DNA of 55,797 bases, from positions 1 through 55,797 of the IMG/VR virus record IMGVR_UViG_3300032087_002848. One strand, written 5' to 3'. This document shows, piece after piece, positions 1 to 9,429 of this stretch (its first letter is position 1; every line of letters begins with the position of its first letter). The translations under genes were made by a program, and so were the position numbers. The stretch is from a virus. Its lineage: Duplodnaviria > Caudoviricetes. The notes beneath the pieces are model-generated. The model was not told where the DNA came from, ran no database searches, and worked only from the letters and a program-made list of their open reading frames with translations.

Positions 1-563
1 ACTCGATAAGCACCACTTGCTTGAGTATTAGAAAAGACCATTGCACTACTAGTAACGCCTGTCTTTGTATTTGTTAGCGTAAGTGCTTCACCACCAGACA
101 TGCGTAACAATTCTTTACCACCAGACGTGCTTGTTCTGTCTGAGCCAATAATGAAGTCTTCACCAGAGGAAGTGTTATCGCTATCTATGTTTACAAAAAG
201 TGATGCGGGTGCATTTATGATTCCATTGTGGCTACCGTTATCATCGAGATATATAACACCGTTAGATACTTTTACGTTACCGGCACTGTCGATGGCCATG
301 CGAACATTATTATTTGTAGCAAATTCAGTGCTGCCAGAACTGGCAGTTCCGAATACGGCTGCATATCCAGATGATCCAACAAACAAACCACCTCCAGCGC
401 TTTGCTCCACACCTATAGTTGCGCGAACCGCACTACTATTTGACAAAAAGTCTTGACTTGCGTGAGAAGTTCCAGTGTCTGCAACATCTATGTTTGGATT
501 TGCGCCACTAACTGTCAAATCTGTGTCGAACGTACCGTCAGCTAGATCACGGGCTTTGGACAT
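1..563 (-). CDS. Tail fibre/receptor-binding protein (3' truncated by window edge; absent from ORF track)
   Basis: Manual translation from ATG at 563: MSKARDLADGTFDTDLTVSG...FATNNNVRMAIDSAGNV..., open to position 1; RMxIDSxGNV fibre repeat. Confidence 0.75.
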   Translation of the reverse strand, partial: MSKARDLADGTFDTDLTVSGANPNIDVADTGTSHASQDFLSNSSAVRATIGVEQSAGGGLFVGSSGYAAVFGTASSGSTEFATNNNVRMAIDSAGNVKVSNGVIYLDDNGSHNGIINAPASLFVNIDSDNTSSGEDFIIGSDRTSTSGGKELLRMSGGEALTLTNTKTGVTSSAMVFSNTQASGAYR

Positions 564-566
564 TGG

Positions 567-824
567 TTACTCTCCGAGTTGGCTACTAGCTACGTGTGCT
601 TGGTATGCAGCGATGACTTCAGCAGTGTGGACAGCGGCTACGATGGCTTGAACCTCTGCGCTTTCACCGGATACGTCGTCACCGGGGGATACCACATGGC
701 GGCTAAAGCTACGGCTGATTTCTACACCGTCGCGCTCGATGACCGTGGCTGTACGCACCTGAATGTGCTTGTAGTCGCCAACGATTTCAATTTTGTCTTC
801 AACTGTTCTCTCTGTTAGTGCCAT
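567..824 (-). CDS. Small tail-fibre-associated protein (possible chaperone)
   Basis: 85 aa with GGAG RBS; lies directly after a fibre gene. Confidence 0.55.
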   Translation of the reverse strand: MALTERTVEDKIEIVGDYKHIQVRTATVIERDGVEISRSFSRHVVSPGDDVSGESAEVQAIVAAVHTAEVIAAYQAHVASSQLGE

Positions 825-878
825 TTTTTATCTCCTATGGCTTGGACTGTCCGACCCAACTCTTGCTGGGTTATTAGG

Positions 879-1880
879 TTAGCTATCAGTTTGATACGTT
901 ATAGCCAAATACATACTATTGGCAGAATTACTAAACAAAGCGGCGTTACTAAGAGAAGTATATCCAGAGGTATCACTGTTTTCATAAAATCTTATGTAAG
1001 ATACATTAGCGGATATAAAAGTAGATATGGCAGTATTAGTATCTCTATTCTGAGCCAGAATAGTACCTATAGCGGAAGTTCCAGATGCCGCTGAAGAAGC
1101 AAACGGAAGGCCACCAATTTGCAAACTTGAAGTTGAAGTGTAATCAGATAAAACTATATTAGATATCTGTATAAATACTAAATTTCCAATCTTAGTGTAC
1201 GACGCTCTATCAACTGTAAGAGTTCCGTTGTTAGCAGTAGGCGTGAAAGTCCCCTCCTCATAGTCATCCAGATAGTTAGCCGAGCCTGTCCCGCCGAGAT
1301 ACGCACCGCCAGAGAGGTAGAGGTCTTTCCACCTATTAGTTGATCTGCCTAAATCATGTATACCGTTGGTCGGACTACCAGTGTTGTCAGTAGGAACTAA
1401 GCCTAGACTTGAAAAACTTATTCCAGAGGCTCCGGAAAAACTATTATAAGCCCCGCCGTTATCTACTACTGTGTAATTGAAATAACCTGCTCCATTTACA
1501 TCTAATTTGTAACTGCTGTTAGGCGAACTTGTCCCAATACCAACATTATTTGCGCTAGAATCAATAAACAGCGTATTACTATCAAAATTGTAATCGCCGT
1601 TAGCTTGCTTCTCAGGTATGCCTATGGTCTGCTGGGCTTTACCTTGAAACACCACATAGAAATCGTCAGTAGCGGCAATGCTTCCGGTCATAGTCAGCGA
1701 AGTGCCGGATACCGTATATGCTACAGTAGGCTCCTGTCTGACGTTATTAACGAAAACTTCGATCTCACCAGCACTACCTGCGGGGTAGTCGAGCGTGAAG
1801 CTCGTACCAGAACCACCTGTTAGGTCTTGGTAGCTTATTTGTGAGTAGGCTTCCGCCGGGGCATTACCTAAATAAGGCAT
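879..1880 (-). CDS. Tail fibre protein
   Basis: MPYLGN start, FIDSSANNVGIGTSSP repeat and LDDYEEGTFTP motif typical of marine phage fibres. Confidence 0.75.
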   Translation of the reverse strand: MPYLGNAPAEAYSQISYQDLTGGSGTSFTLDYPAGSAGEIEVFVNNVRQEPTVAYTVSGTSLTMTGSIAATDDFYVVFQGKAQQTIGIPEKQANGDYNFDSNTLFIDSSANNVGIGTSSPNSSYKLDVNGAGYFNYTVVDNGGAYNSFSGASGISFSSLGLVPTDNTGSPTNGIHDLGRSTNRWKDLYLSGGAYLGGTGSANYLDDYEEGTFTPTANNGTLTVDRASYTKIGNLVFIQISNIVLSDYTSTSSLQIGGLPFASSAASGTSAIGTILAQNRDTNTAISTFISANVSYIRFYENSDTSGYTSLSNAALFSNSANSMYLAITYQTDS

Positions 1881-2212
1881 CAGGTGATCTCCAGAATCGA
1901 CATCACAACATCTACAGAACTAGCCGTATCTGATTTTACTTTAATACTGTCACCTACCTCAAGTACCACTTTCTGATCGCCGCCGACCACGACTAACGAG
2001 CCGCCGCTTGGTATAGGCGCTTGGTAAATCAAGTATGTGTCATTCGATGCGTCATTGAGCGTGACATCAACAAGTATCTGACTAGCCGTCCGGTTAGCCA
2101 AATCCAGTCCAATAACAGTCACCTCCGTCGAAGACGGTACTGTATAAGAACCTACAGCAGTAAGCGATGTGCCAATGCTGCGAGAGAGTTTGCGTTTAAA
2201 GCTATTAGCCAT
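1880..2212 (-). CDS. Tail/fibre structural protein
   Basis: 110-aa beta-rich protein coupled to the fibre gene. Confidence 0.55.
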   Translation of the reverse strand: MANSFKRKLSRSIGTSLTAVGSYTVPSSTEVTVIGLDLANRTASQILVDVTLNDASNDTYLIYQAPIPSGGSLVVVGGDQKVVLEVGDSIKVKSDTASSVDVVMSILEIT

Positions 2213-2217
2213 CTACA

Positions 2218-2826
2218 TTACCCCAGTGCTATTGCCAGTGCGACCGCTGTACCAGCTTGGTCTACATCTAAATTGGTGCGGGCGGCAGCAGCCGTACTTG
2301 CCCCCGTACCACCGTCCGCTACCGCTAAATCGGTGATACCTGTAATTGAACCACCTGTGATTTTAGCGTTCGACATAGCTAAATTATCACCTAAACTATA
2401 AACAAGAGCCCCTGCTCCTGCGCCATCGCAATAAACGATAGCCGTTTGACCGTTTACTATGGTAGCATTACCACCAGAACCCTGTGTTACAGTAATGTCT
2501 CGGCTACCAGAAAGCGCGTTTTGGAAAAGGAAAAACGCCGCAGACGTGTTCGGACCAACAGTAAGTGTGACAGTACCACCTAGATCACCACCATCCACAA
2601 ACTTAATAGCCCTAAACATACCATCTTCGACGTTACTTGCGCCTTGTGAAGGGGTAGAGGGCCGAACGGTAAGGGTAGAACTGGTGCTGGAAAGCGTAAC
2701 CGATTTAAAACCAGCTAAACGGTCAAAAATATCAAAGTTGTAATTGGTCGTAGTGCCCCACGTACCGGACTGTTCACCAGTAGCCGGTTGCTCTATCGCA
2801 AAGTTGGTAGTAAACACACTGGGCAT
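2218..2826 (-). CDS. Tail fibre anchor/proximal fibre protein
   Basis: GEQSGTWG N-terminus; LAVADGGTGASTAAAARTNL fibre motif. Confidence 0.65.
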   Translation of the reverse strand: MPSVFTTNFAIEQPATGEQSGTWGTTTNYNFDIFDRLAGFKSVTLSSTSSTLTVRPSTPSQGASNVEDGMFRAIKFVDGGDLGGTVTLTVGPNTSAAFFLFQNALSGSRDITVTQGSGGNATIVNGQTAIVYCDGAGAGALVYSLGDNLAMSNAKITGGSITGITDLAVADGGTGASTAAAARTNLDVDQAGTAVALAIALG

Positions 2827-2835
2827 TTATGTCTC

Positions 2836-3732
2836 CTATGCGGCAATATCCGTCCAGTTTGGCGTCTGAGATGGTGTCGTCTCTGTCCAGCTTGGCGACT
2901 GCGAGGGCGAAATTCCTCCCCAACTTGGGTTCTGGCTCGGTATAATTTGACTCCAAATGAAGACGTTGCCTATTTCTCCTGTTGCAGACACGCCTGTGAC
3001 CGCTACATTTGCGTCTGCTTTTGCTGTTACAGTACCAAGATTTGCAGTTACTTGCAATCCTGTAGCTGGTATGACAGCACCCCCAGCTACAGTAACCGTA
3101 CCTAAACCGCTTGTTGCTTCTTCACCTGTAACCGCTACATTTGCATCAGCGACTACGGCAACGCTTCCTAACCCCGCTGTAGCTTGTAATCCCGTAACAG
3201 GAACAATAGCGTCAGCGACAACCGTTACGGAACCAACCGCACCCGTAGCTGAAAGGCCGGTAACAGGAACAATAGCGTCTCCTGTTACACTAACCGTACC
3301 AACCGCACCCGTAGCTGAAAGGCCGGTTACAACAACATTTGCATCAGCGGAGACTGCAACACTGCCTAGAGCTGTAGTGCCTTCAAGTCCAGTAACAGCG
3401 ACATTTGCATCCGCTGCTACCGTGACGCTGCCTACATTACCTGTACCGGCAACACCTGTAACCGCCACGTTGGCTTCCGCTACGACAGTTACAGAACCTA
3501 ATCCGGTGGTTCCCGCTTCTCCGGTTACAGCAACATTTGCATCAGCGGAGACTGTGACGCTGCCTACATTACCTGTTGCCTGTAACCCCGTAACCGGGAC
3601 ATTAGCTTCCGCTACAACGCTGACACTACCGATTGCTCCGGTGGCTGAGACCCCGGTAAGCTCAACGGGGATAGGCTCACCCCACGTTCCACTCGACCAT
3701 GTGCCCCGGCCCCAACCGGCAATGATAGCCAT
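2836..3732 (-). CDS. Repetitive fibrous structural protein
   Basis: About 11 tandem 22-aa repeats (VTGxxATGxVGSVTVxADANVx), a WG-rich N-terminus and C-terminal PSQxPxW repeats. Confidence 0.7.
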   Translation of the reverse strand: MAIIAGWGRGTWSSGTWGEPIPVELTGVSATGAIGSVSVVAEANVPVTGLQATGNVGSVTVSADANVAVTGEAGTTGLGSVTVVAEANVAVTGVAGTGNVGSVTVAADANVAVTGLEGTTALGSVAVSADANVVVTGLSATGAVGTVSVTGDAIVPVTGLSATGAVGSVTVVADAIVPVTGLQATAGLGSVAVVADANVAVTGEEATSGLGTVTVAGGAVIPATGLQVTANLGTVTAKADANVAVTGVSATGEIGNVFIWSQIIPSQNPSWGGISPSQSPSWTETTPSQTPNWTDIAA

Positions 3733-3744
3733 AACGGATCTCCG

Positions 3745-4185
3745 TTAGGCTATACGGATAATGGCGTTAGATGCGTCCGCAGTTGGGAACTGAACAGTGA
3801 AATCACCAGCGGTCGAGGTCTTATCAGCACCAAAATCTAAAACACACACCGCATCCGTGGTGCTTACACCACCGCCTGTAGTTGTGTTGTAGATGATTGC
3901 GCCCCGTGCGGTAATAGAAGCAGTGGTCCAAGTTTCATCCGCAAAGTCGGTGAACGCTGTCGTGCCACTAGTGGTTGGGTTCACATTAGTCAGCGCCTGC
4001 CCACCTGCACTATAACCGGTTCCGCTAACCTCGTTAGTTGCAGAATAGTCCGTAGTTGAGGCGTCCAGTGTAGCTGAACTTGTGTACAACGCCATATTAA
4101 AAGTATGGCCTGTTGTACGAAAATCGTGTTGAGCTTCAAGCAATTCTTGCTTGAAGGACGTACACATTGCCTGTGTAATAGCCAT
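3745..4185 (-). CDS. Virion structural protein
   Basis: MAITQAMCTSFKQELL...ITARGAIIYN...VLDFGADKTST; structural-module context. Confidence 0.6.
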   Translation of the reverse strand: MAITQAMCTSFKQELLEAQHDFRTTGHTFNMALYTSSATLDASTTDYSATNEVSGTGYSAGGQALTNVNPTTSGTTAFTDFADETWTTASITARGAIIYNTTTGGGVSTTDAVCVLDFGADKTSTAGDFTVQFPTADASNAIIRIA

Positions 4186-4187
4186 GT

Positions 4188-4481
4188 TTACAGTCTCCTT
4201 ATCGCATCAGCTAATTCAGGATGCCCTGCATCCTTCAGGTTATTATATACCGTAGTTCGGTCACTCCGGATAGCCTCCCGCATATAGTGAGCGACTACCT
4301 TTTCAATATGCTTCTGAAAAGCACGAGCCTGATCACGGATGCCCGGATGTGCGCTATCCGAAACCGATATTATTTTTGCAGCGCAACGCTCTGCTACTTC
4401 TTCCGGGGTAAATCCACGGTTTTCCGTAGTATGAACCGTTACAAACGGCTCATCCGAAAGCTCCATTTTAAAGCTAAACAC
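4188..4481 (-). CDS. Conserved hypothetical phage protein
   Basis: 97-aa ORF coupled within the structural operon. Confidence 0.55.
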   Translation of the reverse strand: MFSFKMELSDEPFVTVHTTENRGFTPEEVAERCAAKIISVSDSAHPGIRDQARAFQKHIEKVVAHYMREAIRSDRTTVYNNLKDAGHPELADAIRRL

Positions 4482-5131
4482 TAGATTTTCTCCCTAATGA
4501 TAAGCCCCGTGCGATACGCATCCGTATCTTCAAGCGCTTCACCATAGTTCTTGAGGCGTCCAATAGACTCCTGAAACTGCAACAAATAATTCTGTATGAT
4601 ATCCTGCTCACCCTTCATATAGGTATAAGCCTCAACTAAAGAACCATACAACATTGCAATTGGTGCATTGACACTAAGCCATGTCGTACCACCACCAGCG
4701 CCTGCGGTAAGGCTGGCTGGCCGATAGTAGTAATGAAGCTCTGCGGTCAAAGCGGCACTAGGAGTTGGAGCAACAATGAAATTAGAGACATCAAAATAAC
4801 CATAATACCGAGGTGTCCCAGTAGAAGAAGGGTTTGGATAAGCCGTTTGAAGAAAATTTACGTCTTTGTACTCTAAAAACTCGTTATTCCCATCGGCTTT
4901 GATTATCGACAACGAATACGGTGCCAGAAAATCAGAGGGGCAGTTTAAAAACTTGTTTCCTACAGTCAGCGTACCTGTTTGATTGCGCCTAAAAAAGTTG
5001 AGCTGCACACTCTTAAAAATACGCTCTTCTGCGCCACGAATGAAAACATTCAGGTTGTTGACGAAAGTCGTCTCCTGATTCTCTGTGTAGTCCTTAATTG
5101 CGTCTTGCAACTGTGTCAGCGTAAAACTCAT
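4481..5131 (-). CDS. Head-tail adaptor-like protein
   Basis: LQDAIKDY...AEERI, GTPRYY, VAPTP and LYGSLVEAY motifs of podoviral adaptor proteins. Confidence 0.6.
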   Translation of the reverse strand: MSFTLTQLQDAIKDYTENQETTFVNNLNVFIRGAEERIFKSVQLNFFRRNQTGTLTVGNKFLNCPSDFLAPYSLSIIKADGNNEFLEYKDVNFLQTAYPNPSSTGTPRYYGYFDVSNFIVAPTPSAALTAELHYYYRPASLTAGAGGGTTWLSVNAPIAMLYGSLVEAYTYMKGEQDIIQNYLLQFQESIGRLKNYGEALEDTDAYRTGLIIREKI

Positions 5132-5427
5132 GTCACCACCGTTACACGGCCCACAGACCCGATAAGTCTTGTTGCCACGCCTCTATCTGGATAGCCACCA
5201 CCTCCAACGGGAACGTCCATTGGCTCTACACGATCCGGTCTTGCATTTTTCAATGCCTGCGGGTCGGTAACTTTAGGAAATGGCTCTAACTGTGGTTGTT
5301 TAGGCTCCCACTCATCCTTGCCGACAAGTAAACCGTTCCACTCTCTACGCATATCTTGATACCGATACCGTAATCCGGAGCGGTCAGATATAGCATAAGA
5401 GTTTTTACCTGTAGCAAATCGCGCCAT
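5128..5427 (-). CDS. Neck-region small protein
   Basis: AISDRSG..., EWNGLLV, EPKQPQ; overlapping stop/start. Confidence 0.55.
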   Translation of the reverse strand: MARFATGKNSYAISDRSGLRYRYQDMRREWNGLLVGKDEWEPKQPQLEPFPKVTDPQALKNARPDRVEPMDVPVGGGGYPDRGVATRLIGSVGRVTVVT

Positions 5428-5429
5428 GT

Positions 5430-6095
5430 TTAAACCCTAAAATAACCTACGTCAGGGGCAATGTTAAAAGAAGCCCTGTCACGATCTTCTGATATCGCCC
5501 TTTCAAACTCTTCCTCATACATCGCCTTCAAGAGTTGTGCTCTGTTAGGAGCCCTCTTGATGGAAATATAATAGGCAAGACCCGCAGCCAAACACGGATA
5601 CAAACGGAAGGGTACTTCCATTGTATTCGTAAAATCGTCCGCGTCATCCATTCGTGTCAGAGCATCATAGTATACCACATCCGTGCTGTTCTCTGGAACC
5701 GGCCAGAGTTTTAAAACAGGTGTGATTTGACGATCTAAAAAGAACTGAGATGGTCTAGCTTGTGTAGTTTTGGTTGGAATAGACAAATAGCTGTCCCGGC
5801 TAATCCGTTCTAGCGCATAATCTGTTCCACTACGGCGTACCACTACAGACAAGATGTCGATAACATCCGTCCCAAGGTTATAATCACCCGTACCTTGCGT
5901 TAAGGCTTGGCTTCTTTGGGCTATAGTCCATGCGTTTAGACCACGGTTTGCCCATTCCGCAAGCATCAAATTCAAGGAACGCTTCGCAGTCTTAAGGTCG
6001 TAACCAGTACGAACCTCAAGCCCACAACGCTCAAACGCCTCCTCTACATAATCGGCGACATCTAGCTCAAAATTTGTGCTTCCAGAAGTAGCCAT
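5430..6095 (-). CDS. Head-tail adaptor/head completion protein
   Basis: EEAFERCG, AKRSLNLMLAEWANRG, LWPVP and LAAGLAYY motifs. Confidence 0.6.
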   Translation of the reverse strand: MATSGSTNFELDVADYVEEAFERCGLEVRTGYDLKTAKRSLNLMLAEWANRGLNAWTIAQRSQALTQGTGDYNLGTDVIDILSVVVRRSGTDYALERISRDSYLSIPTKTTQARPSQFFLDRQITPVLKLWPVPENSTDVVYYDALTRMDDADDFTNTMEVPFRLYPCLAAGLAYYISIKRAPNRAQLLKAMYEEEFERAISEDRDRASFNIAPDVGYFRV

Positions 6096-6096
6096 C

Positions 6097-6240
6097 TTAC
6101 TTCTTCTTCACCATGCCGCCGCCGCGCATTTTCTTAACCATTCCACCGCCGCGCATTTTCTTAACCATTCCACCGCCGCGCATCTTTTTGACCATGCCGC
6201 CGCCGCGCATTTTCTTAACTTTACGTGGTTTCATTGCCAT
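6097..6240 (-). CDS. 47-aa basic repeat micro-protein MAMKPRK(VKKMRGGGM)4VKKK (absent from ORF track)
   Basis: Manual translation; GGAG RBS upstream; start overlaps the previous gene end; repeat differences are synonymous. Confidence 0.75.
   Translation of the reverse strand: MAMKPRKVKKMRGGGMVKKMRGGGMVKKMRGGGMVKKMRGGGMVKKK
6109..6219. repeat. 4 x 27-bp tandem repeat encoding VKKMRGGGM
   Basis: Units accat(g/t)cc(g/a)ccgccgcgcat(t/c)tt(c/t)tt(a/g) seen directly. Confidence 0.9.
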
Positions 6241-6809
6241 TGCTGAAGTCTCCTATATAACTCTTTGCGGGTTTGGAAGATGTGTTCCGCGTCATACTCT
6301 TCCAAGTAATTATCATAATACCCTTTTTGTTCGAGTTTGTCTGCTGCTTCCTGTATCTTAGACAAACGCTGAACAAAAATCATTGCGTATTCGTCGTCTA
6401 CCATCTGCATAAAAGAGCTATCGTCAATGAAATCATTGGGTTCATCGTGAGGATGAAAGCCCATCAACCAAATATCCCTGTCAATAAAAACCCCTTCGGA
6501 TATGGCATCGTTTAGCATTTCTAGATAGTCGTGAAAATCATCCGGGTCTTTATCAAAGACCATATCTACTATGATAACTAGATCAAACGTGTCTTCCCAT
6601 TGAGATATGGTGCTATATAAACACTGCAAGTTAGTGTCATACTTAAACAAAATCGCTACCTTGTGATCTTCCCAAGCTTTTTGGGCATACGGGCACGGCG
6701 GAAGACCGTTATAAAACGGATTTGGTTTCTGCAAGGTATGAGCAGACCACGCCAAAATCTCTTGGCATATCTCCTGTTCCTTGCCTATGTAAAACCGCGT
6801 ATTCTTCAT
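6231..6809 (-). CDS. Hypothetical protein, DUF1415-like
   Basis: CPYAQKAW, LMGFHP and MIFVQR motifs; start reassigned to MKNTRF (ATGA overlap). Confidence 0.5.
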   Translation of the reverse strand: MKNTRFYIGKEQEICQEILAWSAHTLQKPNPFYNGLPPCPYAQKAWEDHKVAILFKYDTNLQCLYSTISQWEDTFDLVIIVDMVFDKDPDDFHDYLEMLNDAISEGVFIDRDIWLMGFHPHDEPNDFIDDSSFMQMVDDEYAMIFVQRLSKIQEAADKLEQKGYYDNYLEEYDAEHIFQTRKELYRRLQQWQ

Positions 6810-7192
6810 GCTTGTGTTACCGAGCCTTTTGTCCGCTTGCGGCGACCGTTCATAACCTTGCCACAACCCCTAGCTACAGCCGTTCCGGGTATACTAGTGC
6901 CGCGGAAAGGGCGTTTTGGCTTACTTTCGTAGCCAACCGCGCCCCCTAAAGCCATTTTCCTTACCTTGGCAGCTTTAGTATTCTCCACAACCTGCTGCCC
7001 TTTAGCTCCCGCTTGCTTTTTCTTACGAGCCGTTGCAGCGCGTTCCGACTTTGATAGGCTTTGAGCCTTATTTCTAGGTAAACATCTATCAGGATTTCTT
7101 TTATTCTTCGATGTACCGCACGGACCAGCGATGTTACCCGCGCTATCAATTCGCACCCAATCATCATCTAACCACTCCTTTAAGCTGCCCAT
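6806..7192 (-). CDS. Basic virion-module protein (DUF5872-like)
   Basis: SLKEWLDDDWV..CG..RCLP; K/R-rich; MALGG and ARGCG motifs. Confidence 0.55.
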   Translation of the reverse strand: MGSLKEWLDDDWVRIDSAGNIAGPCGTSKNKRNPDRCLPRNKAQSLSKSERAATARKKKQAGAKGQQVVENTKAAKVRKMALGGAVGYESKPKRPFRGTSIPGTAVARGCGKVMNGRRKRTKGSVTQA

Positions 7193-7407
7193 TACTTACC
7201 CTTTCTTTTACCACCTTTAGCCTTTTTGGCGTAATTAGGGTCTTTACAATATTTAGAGGCGGCTAAATTAGCATAAGCTGACGGGTAGGTATCAAAAGTT
7301 CTTTTAGCCCATGCTTTACCTTCAGGGCAAATAACTCCACCCTTTTTTTTACGAACTATTTTGCTTTTTCTCGCGGAAGATCCAGCACCTAAACTAACTC
7401 TTGTCAT
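7192..7407 (-). CDS. Small basic protein
   Basis: Start reassigned to MTRVSLGAG (ATGA overlap); YPSAYAN motif; K-rich. Confidence 0.6.
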   Translation of the reverse strand: MTRVSLGAGSSARKSKIVRKKKGGVICPEGKAWAKRTFDTYPSAYANLAASKYCKDPNYAKKAKGGKRKGK

Positions 7408-7601
7408 GCCAGCACCGCTACTAACGCTATGACTGTCGCCGCAAGTTGCAGAGCAATACCCCCAAGAATAGCCCAAACCTTAACATCCAAACGATCTATG
7501 TCCTTTTGCATATGAGCTAGGTGGTTTGTTTCTAACCGATTTAAAACAGTGGAGATTACTTCTACTTTTTTGTCTAAGTCAGCAACCGTGGGTCTAGTCA
7601 T
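7404..7601 (-). CDS. Small coiled-coil protein with C-terminal transmembrane helix
   Basis: LETNHLAHMQKDID followed by a hydrophobic tail. Confidence 0.55.
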   Translation of the reverse strand: MTRPTVADLDKKVEVISTVLNRLETNHLAHMQKDIDRLDVKVWAILGGIALQLAATVIALVAVLA

Positions 7602-7602
7602 C

Positions 7603-7890
7603 TTAACACTTCCATCTTTTACGAGCCTGCCTTAAACGGCTGTTTGGGTCTTTAGCCGCTTTTGGAAATTTTTTCATTTGTCCGGCAGAACGCGCACAGA
7701 AAGATTTACGACGCTTTGCATCCTTACTACCTTTTTTGACCGTGCCAGTTACAGCGGTCTTTAACTTTGATCCGGGGTTTGCGCGTCTATATGCGGCTAC
7801 TCCAGCCTTAGTCATTCCCGCCCCTTTTTCAGTAGGGCGAAAATTTTTCTTGTTGCGGGGAGGCATTTTGGCTTTTTTGCGTTCAGCCAC
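7603..7890 (-). CDS. Basic conserved phage protein (DUF6321-like)
   Basis: GMTKAGVAAYRRANPGSKLK...RRKSFCAR...DPNSRL..ARKRWKC. Confidence 0.6.
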   Translation of the reverse strand: MAERKKAKMPPRNKKNFRPTEKGAGMTKAGVAAYRRANPGSKLKTAVTGTVKKGSKDAKRRKSFCARSAGQMKKFPKAAKDPNSRLRQARKRWKC

Positions 7891-8687
7891 TACAAATTAC
7901 TCCCGTTTTGAATGTAAACAAACTCCATTGACGCGGAGACATTAAAGCTAACCGACCCTGAAGAAGAAAATGCTCTCATCTCTAAGTCTGTTTTTTCTGT
8001 AAACCTTAACGGGAAAGTATAAAACTGTTCGTGTGCGCCATCCGTAAGAGTAAATCTTTCTTTTATTTGAAATACTTCTCCGTATGGCCTAGCAACAAGA
8101 GAAGCATTTAGAATAGCAGGTGTTTGCGTTGAGGTGCCTGTAGATAAAGACATCTTTGTAAGGAACGCTGTATATCCTGCGGGAACTGTCCAAAGACCCA
8201 TCAATGTTTGGTTATCACCATCCCCATTTATGGTCAGGTAAATATTAGCAGGAACCCCAGAAGTTACTGTTCCTGTACCAGCGTAGATTACGCCCGCGTT
8301 TGCGCCACCACTACCTGCACTGCGAACAATGCCGCGATTTATACGCAGATAAGATTTTGTCGTATTAACAGCCGTTTGTCCGTTTAATGTGACAACTTCG
8401 TTTATTTCGTTGTAATCAGCGTCTAGGCCAAAAATCTCTACTGTTCTTGCACCCGTTCCTGCGGCAGTGTCGTTAGCCGAACTGCTTGATACAGTCATTA
8501 CTGTGGCTGATGCGGGGTAGGAATATAAACCACCTTGTTCCCAAATGGTTTCTTTTGTAGCTCCAACAACAGGGTTGTAACCAAACTTAAAAATAGTTTT
8601 GTGGAAGGATATTTGGCCGCGGGCAACTTGAAGCTCAAACGGCTCTGAAGTCCCTATGCGAGTGATAGAGCTTACTTCACGTGCCAT
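7890..8687 (-). CDS. Virion structural/decoration protein
   Basis: Beta-rich; SSSANDTAAGTGARTVEIFGLD motif. Confidence 0.55.
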   Translation of the reverse strand: MAREVSSITRIGTSEPFELQVARGQISFHKTIFKFGYNPVVGATKETIWEQGGLYSYPASATVMTVSSSSANDTAAGTGARTVEIFGLDADYNEINEVVTLNGQTAVNTTKSYLRINRGIVRSAGSGGANAGVIYAGTGTVTSGVPANIYLTINGDGDNQTLMGLWTVPAGYTAFLTKMSLSTGTSTQTPAILNASLVARPYGEVFQIKERFTLTDGAHEQFYTFPLRFTEKTDLEMRAFSSSGSVSFNVSASMEFVYIQNGSNL

Positions 8688-8699
8688 TTGAGCCTCCTT

Positions 8700-8972
8700 T
8701 TAGTTGTAGAAAACAGTCATGGCGGTGCAAGCAGTAAAGGTTGAGACATAAATGTCCGATACCCGTATACCTTCCGCTGGAATGTTTACTGAGTGAGAAT
8801 CAGATGCAAGAAAGTCCAAATCAAGCACCGTCGCGCCGCCATTACCGTCAGTAATAGTCAAACGCGGGGTGCCTGTTGCGGTCAAAACTTGTATCTGACG
8901 AATACGCGCAGGGCCAACACCGGCAGAGCCTGTGGCAGCTAAACGCTTCGCTTTTACGTCAGAACCAGCCAT
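8700..8972 (-). CDS. Small structural protein
   Basis: 90-aa beta-rich ORF with GGAGG RBS. Confidence 0.55.
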   Translation of the reverse strand: MAGSDVKAKRLAATGSAGVGPARIRQIQVLTATGTPRLTITDGNGGATVLDLDFLASDSHSVNIPAEGIRVSDIYVSTFTACTAMTVFYN

Positions 8973-8985
8973 AACAGCCTCCTAT

Positions 8986-9429
8986 TTACGAGAGGTTGTT
9001 ATTTTGTAGATACAGAACTGTTACCGTTGCTGCACCAGCAGAAGCTGCCGTGCCTGTCTGATTGTAAGTAACTGTAACATTAACATCGGATGTACCGATA
9101 TCAATTAGATTACCGATTTGAGACACATCAGATGTAGCAAGAACACGTGCCTGTGCGCCAACCGCTAGTGCGTCTGCATACTGGTCAGCGGTTGAGCCAT
9201 CGCCAATGTCGAATGTGTTGGTTGTACCTGCATTAAATGCAGTCGTTACGTCTACGGTGATCTGGAAAATTTGGCTGTTTGCAGGAACAGTAGCAACAAC
9301 AGTTTCAGTGCCGTTTGCACCAAAAACTACGTTTGCGCTCTGCGCCATCAAAACAAAGCCCACGTTGGCAGATGCGCCTTCGCGGATAGACCCAGCCTTA
9401 ATAGGACCGGAAAAAGTTGTAGTAGCCAT
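8986..9429 (-). CDS. Capsid decoration/spike-like protein
   Basis: MATTTFSGPI start; VDVTTAFN..T.DIG motif; first gene after the major capsid gene. Confidence 0.55.
   Translation of the reverse strand: MATTTFSGPIKAGSIREGASANVGFVLMAQSANVVFGANGTETVVATVPANSQIFQITVDVTTAFNAGTTNTFDIGDGSTADQYADALAVGAQARVLATSDVSQIGNLIDIGTSDVNVTVTYNQTGTAASAGAATVTVLYLQNNNLS

Noticed and set aside
2957-3748. 263-aa + strand ORF and many other + strand ORFs (e.g. 9547-10197, 15705-16226, 33539-34033, 46435-46911)
   Set aside because: Antisense shadows of well-supported minus-strand genes; no RBS or recognisable motifs
6113-6361. + strand ORF with PPPRIFLT repeats
   Set aside because: Reverse complement of the VKKMRGGGM gene; repeat variation is synonymous only in the minus frame
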